64,000 bases of DNA from Intestinimonas sp. (GTDB lineage Bacteria; Bacillota; Clostridia; Oscillospirales; Oscillospiraceae): positions 128,327 through 192,326 of the forward strand of contig JALCSB010000001.1 of assembly GCA_022653075.1 (NCBI GenBank), written 5' to 3'. The number at the start of each line of letters is the position of its first letter. The first letter of the stretch is position 1. Made by a program: the position numbers and the translations under genes. Below, one piece after another: positions 62,769 through 64,000 of the stretch. The notes under the pieces are model-generated. The model searched no databases and was not told where the DNA came from. It saw only the letters and a list, made by a program, of their open reading frames with translations.

Positions 62769-64000
62769 ATGAATAGCGCATACGCTCAAACCGCTGCGGG
62801 AGCGGGCAGAAACGGAATGCCGGTTGCGTGTCGAAGCCCTCAACCGCCGCAGATTCAGGTGATCGAACCCGTTCACCCGATTTTGGGTTATCAGCCGGAA
62901 AAACTGCGTGTCTGCGCCTATGCCAGAGTCAGCAGCAATTCGGACGATCAGCTCAATTCCTTTGCCGCGCAGGTGGATTACTATACCGAGCATATCACCG
63001 GCAACGACGAATGGGAGCTGGTCGATATTTATGCCGACGAGGGCATCACCGGAACCCGGACGGATAAACGAGAGGATTTCCTGCGGATGATGAACGACTG
63101 CCGCAAAGGGAAAATTGATCTGATTCTGGTCAAATCCGTTTCCCGATTTTCCCGAAACATTCGGGACTGCCTCTCCGCTCTCCGGGAGCTGAGAGCGTTC
63201 GGCGTGAACGTTAATTTTGAAAAGGAAGGCATCAAGACCGTCGAAATGCAGGACGAACTGGTCATGGAAATGTTCAGCACCGTCGCGCAGGAGGAATCTT
63301 CCTCCATCTCCAATAACATGCGCTGGAGCTATCTTCGCCGTATGCAAAGCGGTAACTTCATCACCTGCAAGGCCCCCTTTGGATACCAACTGGTCGACAA
63401 TATCCTGATTCCGGATAAAAAGGAAGCCCCGGTCGTCCGGTATATCTTTGCGAGCTACCTTGCCGGAAAGAGTATGGATGTCATCGCCGACCGCCTGACG
63501 AAAGACGGCGTTCCGCGCAAGGACGGCAAATTCAACTGGCACCACACGGGCATCCGGTACATACTGACCAATGAGAAATATATTGGGGACTCTTTGCTGC
63601 AGAAGTCCTTCACCACCGATACCCTGCCGTTTCGAAAAGTAATGAACACTGGACAGAAAGACCGCTACTATGTGACGGGCTCTCACGAGCCAATCATCGG
63701 TAAGACTGAATTCGAGCAGGTCAAAGAGCTGATTAATTTAAGGCAGCGCCAATGTCCCGGCAGAGGGGAACGAAAGCAGTACAATCTAAGCCGGAAAATT
63801 TACTGCGGAAAATGCGGGGCGTCGTTTCGCAGACGATATACCAACGGGAAAGCCTATTGGATCTGCAGGACCCACGACAGAGGAAAAGCTCTCTGCGAAA
63901 TCCGGCAGATTCGGGAGGATGCCATCTATCAGGCGTTTATCCGCTTGTACAATAAGTTAAAACAGAACAGCCGCTATCTTTTGAATCCGGTTCTCGATCA
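62769..64000 (+). CDS. large serine recombinase (5' ~410 codons, continues beyond the window)
   Basis: Not in the track because no stop lies in the window. Own translation: ...LRVCAYARVSSNSDDQ (catalytic Ser), ILVKSVSRFSRN, the recombinase domain (PFGY...) and the zinc-ribbon CGKCGASFRR...WICRTH. Confidence 0.88.
   Translation, partial: MNSAYAQTAAGAGRNGMPVACRSPQPPQIQVIEPVHPILGYQPEKLRVCAYARVSSNSDDQLNSFAAQVDYYTEHITGNDEWELVDIYADEGITGTRTDKREDFLRMMNDCRKGKIDLILVKSVSRFSRNIRDCLSALRELRAFGVNVNFEKEGIKTVEMQDELVMEMFSTVAQEESSSISNNMRWSYLRRMQSGNFITCKAPFGYQLVDNILIPDKKEAPVVRYIFASYLAGKSMDVIADRLTKDGVPRKDGKFNWHHTGIRYILTNEKYIGDSLLQKSFTTDTLPFRKVMNTGQKDRYYVTGSHEPIIGKTEFEQVKELINLRQRQCPGRGERKQYNLSRKIYCGKCGASFRRRYTNGKAYWICRTHDRGKALCEIRQIREDAIYQAFIRLYNKLKQNSRYLLNPVLD

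Larger units (their letters stand above)
21750..64000. mobile_element. integrative conjugative element (ICE), Clostridia-type T4SS with serine recombinases. The left end is approximate and the right end lies beyond the window.
   Basis: Contiguous block of VirB2/B6/PrgI/VirB4/M23/VirD4, MobL-type relaxase, DUF3991-Toprim, YodL, orphan Dam and large serine recombinase genes, beginning directly after a tRNA gene. Confidence 0.85.

Noticed and set aside
62673-63686. ORF 62673..63686 (-, 337 aa)
   Set aside because: It is antisense to the large serine recombinase frame, which carries YARVSS, the recombinase domain and zinc-ribbon motifs.
1-64000. CRISPR arrays, rRNA genes, IS elements or transposases, retron or DGR reverse transcriptases
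   Set aside because: No regularly spaced direct repeats, no rRNA-like sequence, and no DDE or HUH transposase or RT motifs were seen in any frame while reading the window.

Overview
All calls come from reading the sequence and the ORF track by eye. No searches were run, so family names are motif-based recollection and need confirmation.

The window looks like a GC-rich Firmicutes/Clostridia-type chromosome. This is inferred from a clostridial 2x[4Fe-4S] ferredoxin, YerC, a DUF3048 lipoprotein, Hsp33, ClpC, MutY and 2-hydroxyacyl-CoA dehydratase genes.

- **1 to ~21.7 kb:** ordinary housekeeping genes, ending in a tRNA-Ser(GGA) gene at 21651..21742.
- **~21.75 kb to the window end:** one large integrative conjugative element (ICE), truncated by the window. 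It carries:
  - an accessory block with an orphan Dam-type methylase, an AbrB-like regulator and YodL/DUF1281-like proteins;
  - a complete Tad/Flp-type pilus operon (pilin, A24 peptidase, CpaB, TadZ-like, CpaF, TadB, TadC, minor pilins);
  - a Gram-positive type IV secretion module (VirB2-like, VirB6-like, PrgI/VirB3-like, VirB4, M23 hydrolase, VirD4 coupling protein);
  - a MobL-type relaxase with an RHH accessory protein and a DUF3991/Toprim protein;
  - a lower-GC cargo block (ABC transporter, DtxR-like, two-component system, MarR plus MFS);
  - a serine-recombinase cluster at the right edge.

The conjugation operon is interrupted at three places by visibly AT-rich single-gene cassettes:
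- an all-alpha unknown protein;
- an EEP-family nuclease sitting between two halves of what looks like VirB4;
- a HEPN (Rx4H) protein and an unknown acidic-motif protein, both between the RHH gene and the relaxase gene.

The most unusual observation is the HEPN gene. It overlaps and must be co-transcribed with a complete tRNA-like cloverleaf whose anticodon loop carries a 29-nt palindromic insertion. The cassette is bracketed by ~32-bp direct repeats and a duplicated relaxase 5' fragment.

Other points of interest:
- an amidoligase/gamma-glutamylcyclotransferase pair inside the T4SS operon;
- a shared RRG processing motif in three prepilin-like proteins;
- two genes (clpC and dam) whose conserved N-termini can only be expressed from ATT/ATC codons;
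- a resolvase-domain protein with Asp in place of the catalytic Ser.
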